DNA of 64,000 bases from Deltaproteobacteria bacterium. Lineage in GTDB: Bacteria; Desulfobacterota; Dissulfuribacteria; Dissulfuribacterales; QOAL01. A model generated the notes under the pieces. That model was given only the letters and a program-made list of their open reading frames with translations. It made no database searches and had not been told where the DNA came from. The first letter of the stretch is position 1. The number at the start of each line of letters is the position of its first letter. Both the position numbers and the translations under genes were made by a program. Positions 56,229 to 64,000 of the stretch are shown here, piece by piece. Location of the stretch: the NCBI GenBank assembly GCA_015493475.1, contig WGDC01000001.1, positions 12,968 through 76,967 of the forward strand, given 5' to 3'.

Positions 56229-58238
56229 TTGCAGTGGCCATTTCTTGGATCATTATTGAAAAGGATAAGCGACATGAAAAGAGATGCATGGAAAGGGAAA
56301 GGGTTTCTAAAAGGACTCTTCTTGATTTTGCTCCTCGGGCTGACCATAGATAGCCACAACGCGCTCGCCATGACCAACGAGGAATGCCTCGAATGTCACA
56401 GTGACGAAGGAATCACTCGGGAGGCGGATGACAGCTCGGTTTACGTAAACCCTGATGTCTTCGCCAAGTCGGTACATGGGGGAGAAGATTGCATGTCATG
56501 CCACACGGACGCAAAGGGTGAGGATGAGCATCCACCGCACCTAAAGAAGGTACAATGTTCCATGTGCCATGAGGACATAGCCAAAACATTTGATGGGATC
56601 ATTCACGGCAAGGCGCATGGGGACAAGAAGCAGACTGCCCCAAGTTGCAAGAGCTGCCACGGAACCCATGATATCCTTCCCCCGGATGATCCAGCCTCAA
56701 AGGTATACATACTAAACATACCGGCCACGTGCAGCAGGTGCCACTGGAAGGAAAAGGCCGGCGGGGGAAAGGGTACACTTCCCAAAAACGCCATGAACAT
56801 CCACGGCAAGGCAATAGAGGGAGGGATCACGGTTGCTGCGGTTTGTACCACGTGCCACGGATCCCACGATGTAGTCGCCTACACAAACCCCGCTTCTCCG
56901 GTAAGCTATAAAAAACTGAAGAAAACCTGCACGAGGTGCCACGCAGGCCTTCCTGCCATCCATAAAAATGTCATAAAGCCTTCCATATGGGTGAAGGACC
57001 CAGCCAAGATTCCCCTTTGCATCCAGTGCCACCTGCCTCACGGAAAGAGGAAGTTAAAGTACCCCCAGGTCTTCACGGATGACTACTGCCTAAAATGTCA
57101 CAGCAACCCGAACCTTATAAGGCCGGACAGGAAAGGAGGGATTGACAGCCTTTACGTAGATACGGATGAATACGACGAATTTGCCGGGACGATGCACAAG
57201 AAAAAGGGCCTCACCTGCGTCATGTGTCATCCCAAGATGGACAGGGAAGAAAACCCCGTGTGCAAGAACGCGGGGCCAGTGGACTGCTCCACGTGTCACG
57301 CTGATGTCTTCAATGACTACCTGCACAGTGTACACGGCATAAAACGTTCCGGCGAACTCGATCCCAACGCACCTTCTTGCGTGGATTGTCACGGTAAACA
57401 TGCCATCCTGGCAAAGGACAACCCGGACTCCCTAATAAATCCCATAAACATCCCGAGACTTTGCGCTTCCTGCCATGCCAAAGGGGAAAAGGCATCCATA
57501 AGGCGCGGAGAAGGCGTGGACGTGGTCTCTACATACCTGAAGAGCGTTCACGGAGACGGGTTGGAAAACGGCGGGCTGGTGGTTTCTGCCTCCTGCGTGG
57601 ATTGTCACGGCGGCCACAAAATCCTCCCCTCTTCCAACCCCAAGTCAACCGTGAACAAGGGCAACATCCGCCAAACCTGCGAAAAATGCCACTACGGCGT
57701 GGGAATAAAACTGGCCCAATCGGTCCACAATCCTCCTTTCGGTGCGGACAAGTCCCTTTTCCCTGCCTGTACCGACTGCCACACGTCGCATGAGATTTTG
57801 AGAGGCACGGATCCAAACTACAGGAGGCATGAAATCCAGGCATGCGCAAAGTGCCATCCAGAGGAGGCGGAAACCTACCTCGAAAGCTACCACGGAAAGG
57901 CTGCGTTTCTCGTGGGTGGCGAAAGAGTTGCCCATTGTTCAGACTGCCACGGCAGCCACGACATTCTTGCGGTGACAGACCCACTGTCCACCCTTTCCGG
58001 TGAGAATGCGGTAAAGACATGCCGAAAGTGCCATCCAAAGGCAAACCTGAGCTTTACCACGTACAGGACCCACGCCTCGCACTGGGACAAGGAAAAGAAC
58101 CCGGACATGTACTACTCCTTCATCGCCATGACCTCCCTGCTGCTTGGAACCTTCGCGATTTTCGGCATTCACACCATCCTCTGGATACCGCGTTCGTTGA
58201 AGGAGAGATTGAAAATGAAAAAAGACTCCGATGCATAA
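56229..58238 (+). CDS. membrane-anchored multihaem cytochrome c with 19 CxxCH motifs
   Basis: I counted 19 CxxCH motifs. N-terminal signal (LFLILLLGLTIDSHNALA). C-terminal TM helix (YYSFIAMTSLLLGTFAIFGIHTILWIP). Six repeats of CxxCH-[GT]-x-H-x-[IV] followed by a Pro/Ser-rich turn. GGAGG plus TTG at 56229, or ATG at 56274. Confidence 0.9.
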   Translation: MQWPFLGSLLKRISDMKRDAWKGKGFLKGLFLILLLGLTIDSHNALAMTNEECLECHSDEGITREADDSSVYVNPDVFAKSVHGGEDCMSCHTDAKGEDEHPPHLKKVQCSMCHEDIAKTFDGIIHGKAHGDKKQTAPSCKSCHGTHDILPPDDPASKVYILNIPATCSRCHWKEKAGGGKGTLPKNAMNIHGKAIEGGITVAAVCTTCHGSHDVVAYTNPASPVSYKKLKKTCTRCHAGLPAIHKNVIKPSIWVKDPAKIPLCIQCHLPHGKRKLKYPQVFTDDYCLKCHSNPNLIRPDRKGGIDSLYVDTDEYDEFAGTMHKKKGLTCVMCHPKMDREENPVCKNAGPVDCSTCHADVFNDYLHSVHGIKRSGELDPNAPSCVDCHGKHAILAKDNPDSLINPINIPRLCASCHAKGEKASIRRGEGVDVVSTYLKSVHGDGLENGGLVVSASCVDCHGGHKILPSSNPKSTVNKGNIRQTCEKCHYGVGIKLAQSVHNPPFGADKSLFPACTDCHTSHEILRGTDPNYRRHEIQACAKCHPEEAETYLESYHGKAAFLVGGERVAHCSDCHGSHDILAVTDPLSTLSGENAVKTCRKCHPKANLSFTTYRTHASHWDKEKNPDMYYSFIAMTSLLLGTFAIFGIHTILWIPRSLKERLKMKKDSDA

Positions 58239-58267
58239 CACCGGAAGCGTATAAAAGGGAGGTTTAA

Positions 58268-59113
58268 ATGAACAGCGGCGAAACTATATACGTTCAGAGG
58301 TTTAACGCCTTTGCCAGGATACTTCACTTTTTCGTTATAATAAGTTTCCTCACCCTGGCCCTCACGGGAATGTGCCTCAAGTTCTCCACGGAGTCATGGG
58401 CACAATGGACAGCTTCCATGTTTGGCAGTTTCAGGGTACTGGGCGTGCTTCACCGCATTGCCGCGGTAATAACCTTTGGATACTTTTTCGGCCATTTCAT
58501 CCTGGTCTACCATAACTACCGGAAAAGCGGGAAGCCCCTTTTGAGATTCATAATCGACGAAAACACCGGAATGGTTCCAAACCTGAGGGACCTCCAGGAG
58601 ATAGGTCAGACCATCAAGTGGTTTCTCGGCAAGGGGCCGCGGCCTGCATACGGACGCTGGACTTACTGGGAGAAGTTTGACTACCTCGCAGTGTTCTGGG
58701 GTGTTGCGGTCATCGGATTCACAGGACTATGCCTGTGGTTCCCGGTATTTGCCACTCGCTATCTTCCAGGATGGTTTCTCAACATCGCCACCATTGTTCA
58801 CAGTGACGAGGCGCTGCTTGCTACAGGCTTCATCTTCACCATACATTTCTACAATACCCACCTGAGGCCAGAAAAATTCCCCCTTGACAAGGTGATTTTT
58901 ACCGGGGTGGTAACCCTAGATGAACTGAAGCATGAAAGGCCCCGCGAATACGAGACCCTTGTAAGGGAAGGACGCTTAGACGAGGTTATCACGGATCCGC
59001 CTCCGAGGTGGCTAGTGATATTCGCATACGTCTTTGGGCTCTCTGCGGTTACCATAGGCCTGTCCCTCATATTCACCATATTTTTCACCCTGCTGAAATA
59101 CGGGTTGAGATAA
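58268..59113 (+). CDS. b-type cytochrome membrane subunit (FdnI/PhsC/Ni-hydrogenase cytochrome b family-like)
   Basis: GGAGG RBS. RFNAFARILHFFVIISF...VLHRIAAVITFGYFFGHF...TIVHSDEALLATGFIFTIHFYNTH shows conserved His residues on TM helices. 29 nt after the cytochrome c stop. Confidence 0.8.
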   Translation: MNSGETIYVQRFNAFARILHFFVIISFLTLALTGMCLKFSTESWAQWTASMFGSFRVLGVLHRIAAVITFGYFFGHFILVYHNYRKSGKPLLRFIIDENTGMVPNLRDLQEIGQTIKWFLGKGPRPAYGRWTYWEKFDYLAVFWGVAVIGFTGLCLWFPVFATRYLPGWFLNIATIVHSDEALLATGFIFTIHFYNTHLRPEKFPLDKVIFTGVVTLDELKHERPREYETLVREGRLDEVITDPPPRWLVIFAYVFGLSAVTIGLSLIFTIFFTLLKYGLR

Positions 59114-59209
59114 AGCAAAACGGGATCGCACCTTGAAAATGGTATACCTCAGACAACTTGACAACCCCCAGCGCCGGGAATACAGCGTCCTAACAAATGG
59201 TAACAGCCA

Positions 59210-59521
59210 ATGAACAGTAACGTGCCCTTAAAAAGAAGACTTGCCATATACGCCACGGAAATATTGATGGTGCTCCTTTTGATCTTAATGTTACGAAATT
59301 TCGTAAGCGCCATCTACTATAGCGTAAAGACCAGCACCGCAGAGATACAACGGTATTACGAGAAAGGGATAACAGACGCCACTGAGTTGAGCAAGAAAGG
59401 CAACATTCTTGAACCGGTACGGGATATCGCGAATCCCCTTCTGCTAAGGATGTACGAAAAGGGATTCCGGGACGGCATAGACTCGACAAGAAACGAAAGG
59501 AGTAAACATGAGAAGGGGTAA
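59210..59521 (+). CDS. small single-TM hypothetical protein
   Basis: 103 aa with one TM (IYATEILMVLLLILML). Its 3' end overlaps the next gene's start by 14 nt, which suggests translational coupling. Confidence 0.4.
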   Translation: MNSNVPLKRRLAIYATEILMVLLLILMLRNFVSAIYYSVKTSTAEIQRYYEKGITDATELSKKGNILEPVRDIANPLLLRMYEKGFRDGIDSTRNERSKHEKG

Positions 59522-60377
59522 TCTAATAATAGGGCTGATGATTTCTTTTCTCTCGGGTGCTTATCTGTCATCCGGAATCTCGGTGGCATCAACCATCCTC
59601 GACATACCTGCCATAGGCGCGGATAAGCTTAAACACGAGCTCTACGAAGGGCCTCCCATGGTGTGCGCCAACGCGCTAAGCCCCATTGAATTCCAGGACC
59701 TGACCATTAGGGGATCAGTGAACATCCCGTCGAGCAGGGTAAAGGACAATCCAAACCTCCCGGAGGACAAGGGAGAGCTCCTGGTCTTTTTCTGCAAGGG
59801 CCTCCCTACGTGACTTAAAAGCCACGAAGCCGCCAGGAAGGCGGTTAAACTTGGCTTTACCAACGTAAAGGTCTATTCCAAGGGCCTCCCGGACTGGATA
59901 CGGAGAAGATACCCCGTGATCCGTATGGTCAACTATCCCAAGGTTCGCATTCCCCTTATCCATCCTTCGCAGGTCATGAAGAAACTCAACGAGCTTACTA
60001 TCCTCGACATAGGTGGCGAGGAGCTCAATAAGATAGGGCAGTTCAAGAGGGGCAATGTTATTCACATCCCCATGGACGATCTCGAAGACGACTACAACAA
60101 GCTACCCAAGGACAGGACCCTGGTGATCACCGACGTAATGGGAAAGCAGGAACAGATCGCCGGGAGGTTCCTGTGGATGAAAGGATACAGAAAACTCTTG
60201 GCCATGAAGGGGGGTGGCCGCGCCTGGTTTGATACCGTGCGGGTACTGAAAAGAATCCAGACAGAGGAAGCTCCTATCGGAACAAAAAAGTTTAAAGAAA
60301 CGGAAAAACAGGTGAAAGAAAAGATAAAGGCCGAGCCGAAAGAGAAGAAGAAGAAGAACAGGTCAGCACCATGGTAA
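59508..60377 (+). CDS. periplasmic tandem rhodanese-domain protein, probable selenoprotein (in-frame UGA at 59811-59813 read as Sec)
   Basis: AGGAG RBS and a signal peptide. ORFs 59508-59813 and 59916-60377 share one frame, and there is no stop in 59814-59915. The TGA splits a single rhodanese fold inside the active-site loop: LLVFFCKGLPT-[UGA]-LKSHEAARKAVKLGFTNVKVYSKGLPDWIRRRYPV. A SECIS-like hairpin follows. The second rhodanese-like domain lacks Cys, and the tail is Lys-rich. Confidence 0.7.
59818..59858 (+). promoter_or_regulatory. putative bacterial SECIS element
   Basis: Lower stem AAAGCC (59818-23) / GGCTTT (59853-58). Internal loop. Upper stem AGCCGCC (59828-34) / GGCGGTT (59840-46, including one G-U pair). 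Apical loop AGGAA (59835-39), with GG about 23 nt after the UGA. Confidence 0.6.
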
Positions 60378-60468
60378 GGCTTCAAGGTCATAGACTTAGT
60401 AACCCGCACTGATTGCCCGAAAAATGATACGGGCCATGGGGAAAACTCCAGGCTGTTATAGTCAATCG

Positions 60469-60523
60469 CGCTTCATGGGGCTTAATCTAGAGACCCTACC
60501 CGCCCCATGAAGCGTTTACTTTT
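60469..60523 (+). terminator. hairpin plus T-rich tract downstream of the rhodanese gene
   Basis: CGCTTCATGGGG (60469-60480) is the perfect reverse complement of CCCCATGAAGCG (60503-60514). It is followed by TTTACTTTTAA. The 22-nt loop is large for a canonical terminator. Confidence 0.5.
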
Positions 60524-60635
60524 AATGCTTGATGCCGTGCCATCTTTCCATTCCTTCGGGCAGGGCAGACAACGGCCATGTGCCCTGCTTCACGGGCCTA
60601 CCCAAACAGACAGATAAAAAACTCGAAGCAAGTAG

Positions 60636-61397
60636 ATGAGAAATATCAAGCTTACCATCACATACAACGGCACCGGGTTTCACGGATGGCAAAGCCAGCA
60701 TAGGGTAAGAACCGTGCAGGCCTGCATAGAAGAAGCCATTTCCACCATGACGGGAGAGAAGGTAAAACTCCTGGGCTCAGGCCGTACCGACGCTGGGGTT
60801 CACGCCATCTGCCAAGTGGCAAACTTCCTTACAAATTCAAAAATTCCCGTCCGGGGCATGGAAAAGGGGCTGAACAGTCTGCTTCTAGAAGACGTGGCCA
60901 TCATTTCCGCAACGGAGGTCCCGTTGCAGTTTCATGCAAGGAAAAGCGCCAAGGGCAAGACCTACCGATACCGGATAGTTAAAAGCGACAAGAGGCTCCC
61001 ACTATTGCACAGGAAGGCATGGATTACACGGCGAACCCTGAAACTTGCCTCCATGCAGGAGGTGGCAAGCTTACTGCTTGGGACACACGACTTTTCTTCC
61101 TTCATGGCTGCAGGTTCAAGCGTCTCTACAACCATACGCACAATCAACACGATAGAAGTAAGACAGACCCTATGCCCCGAGTACCTGCCCTGTGAATTCG
61201 AAGAGTACCAGATCGAGATAAATGCCAACGGTTTCCTCAGATACATGGTAAGAAACATAACGGCCCTTTTAAAAGAGGTGGGCTGCGGACGTCTTTCTTC
61301 CCGGGACGCTAGCGCCATTGTCAAGGCACGGAACAGGGCTGCCTCTCCCCCAACCGCCCCTGCATGGGGCCTATATCTCGTCAAGGTTGACTATTGA
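60636..61397 (+). CDS. truA: tRNA pseudouridine(38-40) synthase TruA
   Basis: IKLTITYNGTGFHGWQSQ...LLGSGRTDAGVHA (catalytic Asp)...GTHDFSSF...FLRYMVRN. Confidence 0.93.
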   Translation: MRNIKLTITYNGTGFHGWQSQHRVRTVQACIEEAISTMTGEKVKLLGSGRTDAGVHAICQVANFLTNSKIPVRGMEKGLNSLLLEDVAIISATEVPLQFHARKSAKGKTYRYRIVKSDKRLPLLHRKAWITRRTLKLASMQEVASLLLGTHDFSSFMAAGSSVSTTIRTINTIEVRQTLCPEYLPCEFEEYQIEINANGFLRYMVRNITALLKEVGCGRLSSRDASAIVKARNRAASPPTAPAWGLYLVKVDY

Positions 61398-61565
61398 CCT
61401 GGCATTACGGCTCCTTTCCGCATGTCTGAAGTCATTGGCCAAACGTGGACGGAAAGGTGTGAAAAACCGCCGTGCAACCGTTTTAATCCTTGCCAAAAGT
61501 GGTTGTGCAAAGCGCCCCTCTTTAGTAAAAGTCAATATATCTTCATCAACCTTCAGGAGGAGCCA

Positions 61566-62771
61566 ATGAGCTGGAGCACACCGCTTGCAGAAAGAGTAAT
61601 AAACCTTAAGCCGTCCCCTACCCTTGCCGTTGACGCCAAGGCAAAGGCCTTGAAGGCCCAAGGGGCGGACATTGTGAACCTGTCTGCCGGAGAGCCGGAC
61701 TTCGACACGCCTGGCCATATCAAGGATGCGGCTATAAAGGCCATAAGACAGGGCTTTACCAAGTACACGCCTGTTGCAGGAATCGTGGAACTGCGCCAAG
61801 CCATCATCGACAAGCTCAAAAGGGACTACCACATTGAATACAAAACAGATGAGGTGGTGGTATCTACCGGCGGCAAGCAGGGGCTATACAACTGTTTCCA
61901 GGCGATACTCGATCCGGGCCACGAGGTCATCATACCGGTTCCGTACTGGGTTTCCTACCCGGCCATGGTGGAGCTTGCAGGAGGACGGCCGGTGTTTTTG
62001 CCATCAGAGGCGAAAAACGACTTCGATATCGATATGGACAGGCTTTGCTCCCTCGTCAATAACAGAACAAGGGCCCTGATAATCAACAGCCCCTCGAACC
62101 CCACGGGCGCTGTTTACAGTAGCTCCACCCTCAGGGCCATTGGACAGATGGCGGTGGAAAAGGGTATCTACGTGATTACGGATGACATTTACGACGAAAT
62201 AAGATTCGATGGCAAGGGACCTGAAAATCCCGTCTCCCTCTTTGAGGAGGCGAGAGAACACGTGATTATTGCAAACGGCGTGTCTAAAACCTACGCAATG
62301 ACAGGATGGAGAATAGGCTACCTTGCAGGGCCGCAGCCGGTCATAAAAGCCGCCACCAAGATCCAGAGCCAGAGCACATCCAACCCCAACTCGGTCGCCC
62401 AGAAGGCGGCCCATGCCGCCCTTTCAGGCCCGCAGGAATGCGTAACGGATATGGTGAAGGCATTCAGGGAAAGACGCGATTTCATGGTTGAAAGGCTGAA
62501 CAGCATTCCCGGCATACGGTGTAACGTGCCCCAGGGTGCCTTTTACGTATTCCCGGATGTATCCTCGTTTCTTGGCAAGTCAGCGGACGGTTTCGAGATA
62601 AAGGGCTCTCTCGAGCTTGCAGACTACCTCCTTGAAAAGGCCAAGGTTGCCTGCGTACCCGGCATTGCCTTTGGAGACGACAGGTTCATAAGATTTTCCT
62701 ATGCGACAAGCAAGGAGCAAATAGATGAGGGGCTTAACAGGATAGAAGCTGCCCTTGGAAACCTTTCCTGA
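61566..62771 (+). CDS. pyridoxal-phosphate-dependent aspartate aminotransferase (class I)
   Basis: AGGAGG RBS then ATG at 61566. LSAGEPDFDTP...NSPSNPTG...NGVSKTYAMTGWRIGY (PLP Lys)...RFSYA. The ORF-track start at 61422 is probably too long. Confidence 0.9.
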   Translation: MSWSTPLAERVINLKPSPTLAVDAKAKALKAQGADIVNLSAGEPDFDTPGHIKDAAIKAIRQGFTKYTPVAGIVELRQAIIDKLKRDYHIEYKTDEVVVSTGGKQGLYNCFQAILDPGHEVIIPVPYWVSYPAMVELAGGRPVFLPSEAKNDFDIDMDRLCSLVNNRTRALIINSPSNPTGAVYSSSTLRAIGQMAVEKGIYVITDDIYDEIRFDGKGPENPVSLFEEAREHVIIANGVSKTYAMTGWRIGYLAGPQPVIKAATKIQSQSTSNPNSVAQKAAHAALSGPQECVTDMVKAFRERRDFMVERLNSIPGIRCNVPQGAFYVFPDVSSFLGKSADGFEIKGSLELADYLLEKAKVACVPGIAFGDDRFIRFSYATSKEQIDEGLNRIEAALGNLS

Positions 62772-63429
62772 CAGGTTTCTTCAGCCACTTGGACAACATG
62801 CTCATGAACAAGGCCCTCGGGACGGGCCTTGCCCCGAAACGCTTCAGGTGCCCTGTTTCGACCTGGCAGTCAATGAGCCGGAGGCCTCTTTGCCTGAAGT
62901 TTCGCACGAAATGCACAAAGGCGACCTTTGATGCCTCCTTTTCCCCGGAGAACATGCTCTCACCGTAAAACACGCTCCCGAGAAACACGCCGTAAAGGCC
63001 CCCAACAAGGACGCCTTTCCGCCAGGCCTCCACGCTCAGGCCGTAGCCGAGCTCATGGAGCGCAGTGTAGGCATGGAGCATGTCCCTGTTTATCCAGGTT
63101 CCTTCCCCTCGCCTGCGCCTGATCTGGCCGCACGCCTCCATAACCTCATTGAAGGCAAGATTGCACGTGATGCGGAAACGATTCTGTCTGATCACCCTTT
63201 CAAGGCGCCGGGGCACGTGGAGTTCCTCTGGGAACAGAACAAGCCGGGGGTCTGGAGACCACCAGAGTAAAGGCTCACCCTCGTTATACCAGGGGAAGAT
63301 GCCCGCACTGTACGCGTTCAAAAGCCTGTTGACAGATAGGTCCCCTCCCACGGCGAGAAGCCCGTCTGACCTTGCAAGCTCCACTGGCGGAAATTCCGGG
63401 CTGTGGTCATCAAGCAGAAAAACTGGCAT
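62734..63429 (-). CDS. aat: leucyl/phenylalanyl-tRNA--protein transferase
   Basis: LLAVGGDLS...AYSAGIFPWY...WWSPDPR...GESMFS...IDCQ. Confidence 0.9.
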   Translation of the reverse strand: MPVFLLDDHSPEFPPVELARSDGLLAVGGDLSVNRLLNAYSAGIFPWYNEGEPLLWWSPDPRLVLFPEELHVPRRLERVIRQNRFRITCNLAFNEVMEACGQIRRRRGEGTWINRDMLHAYTALHELGYGLSVEAWRKGVLVGGLYGVFLGSVFYGESMFSGEKEASKVAFVHFVRNFRQRGLRLIDCQVETGHLKRFGARPVPRALFMSMLSKWLKKPVRKGFQGQLLSC

Positions 63430-63496
63430 AAGACCAAAATAGCCCCTTTACCTGTAGTGGCAAAGGGGCCATGGAAAACAATATCTGTAAAAGGGC

Positions 63497-64000
63497 CTAT
63501 AGCCCCGTGGGAAACTTTGGCAGGTCCCTGAGGGCCTCTTCTATCTTGTCCTCAGGATACTCGTAGTCCTTGAGCCTGCCCTCGAGATAATCGTCGTATG
63601 CTGCGAGATCGAAATGGCCATGGCCGCTGAAACAGCAGATTATGGCCTTTTCTTCCCCCTCTTCCCTGCACCTGACCGCCTCGTCTATCCACCCGCGCAG
63701 GGCATGTGATGTCTCTGGGGCCGGAATAATGCCCTCGGTCCTGGCAAAAAGCACAGCGGCCTCGAACACGGGGTTCTGAGTATAGGCCCGGGGTAACACC
63801 ACCCCGTTCTTCACCAGGTTACAAAGTATCGGGGCATCTCCATGGTACCTGAGCCCTCCCGCGTGAATTCCCGGTGGTTCAAAGGTGTGGCCGAGGGTGT
63901 ACATGAGCATCAGTGGAGTCATTCCCGCCGTGTCACCGTAGTCATACTGGTAAAGCCCCTTGGTAAGCGTAGGACAAGACTTTGGCTCCACCGCCACTAT
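63497..64000 (-). CDS. trpB: TrpB-like (TrpB2-type) tryptophan synthase beta subunit, C-terminal part (5' end outside window)
   Basis: [29 protein letters not shown]...[11 protein letters not shown]...[10 protein letters not shown] is characteristic of the TrpB2 clade. The frame is open to the window edge. Confidence 0.85.
   Translation of the reverse strand: MVAVEPKSCPTLTKGLYQYDYGDTAGMTPLMLMYTLGHTFEPPGIHAGGLRYHGDAPILCNLVKNGVVLPRAYTQNPVFEAAVLFARTEGIIPAPETSHALRGWIDEAVRCREEGEEKAIICCFSGHGHFDLAAYDDYLEGRLKDYEYPEDKIEEALRDLPKFPTGL

Noticed and set aside
60341-60359. Short GAA/AAG trinucleotide run (agagaagaagaagaagaac)
   Set aside because: It lies inside the coding sequence and simply encodes the Lys/Glu-rich C-terminal tail (KEKKKKN) of the rhodanese protein. 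It is not a stand-alone repeat element.
62734-62771. 38-nt convergent overlap of the aminotransferase and aat 3' ends
   Set aside because: Both genes are well supported to their stops. A convergent tail overlap is unusual but not informative without expression data, and no hairpin was evident.
1-64000. Scan for CRISPR arrays, tRNA/rRNA genes and long direct repeats
   Set aside because: Reading the intergenic regions (all 484 nt or shorter) showed no regularly spaced repeats, no cloverleaf-like sequence and no rRNA-like stretch. An exhaustive computational repeat search was not possible.

Overview
Gene-dense bacterial chromosomal window with about 63 protein-coding genes. I saw no rRNA, tRNA or CRISPR array. 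Gene content and synteny point to a Desulfobacterota- or Thermodesulfobacteriota-like anaerobe. The evidence is the ffh-rpsP-KH-rimM-trmD-(SPOUT-like)-rplS-rnhB-yraN order, a bona fide DsrC, many multihaem cytochromes, and frequent AGG/AGA/ATA/AAG codons. This taxonomic guess is inference only.

Layout:
- 1-4.1 kb: ribosomal and RNA-processing operon.
- 4.9-9.6 kb: tightly packed four-gene operon (PAS histidine kinase, nucleosidase-GT2 fusion, ParB-like protein, SPL-like radical SAM enzyme).
- 9.6-21.1 kb, minus strand: housekeeping block containing a fatty-acid synthesis cluster in which the usual fabD position is occupied by an acyl-CoA dehydrogenase plus EtfBA.
- 21.2-22.4 kb: tatC abutted by a decayed IS3 remnant that the ORF track does not show.
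- 27.3-35.5 kb, minus strand: dsrC, a YcaO-TPR fusion, a DUF2934 protein and a 1744-aa tandem-duplicated UvrA-like protein.
- 35.6-48.4 kb, plus strand: long co-directional array (Pat-like acetyltransferase, HDAC-type deacetylase, CBS protein, bioD, cbiH, RND efflux pair, ygiQ, dus).
- 50.8-60.4 kb: redox island.

The redox island is the most interesting part. It has two modules. The first is cytochrome c3, a 2x-trihaem cytochrome, an NrfD-like membrane subunit and a Tat-exported 4x[4Fe-4S] subunit. The second is an operon encoding a membrane-anchored 19-CxxCH cytochrome c, a b-type cytochrome, a small TM protein and a periplasmic tandem-rhodanese protein. The rhodanese reading frame is interrupted only by one in-frame TGA in the active-site loop, and that TGA is followed by a SECIS-like stem-loop, so it is a probable selenoprotein.

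All calls rest on reading the translations and recognising motifs. No database search was possible, and start codons are best guesses.
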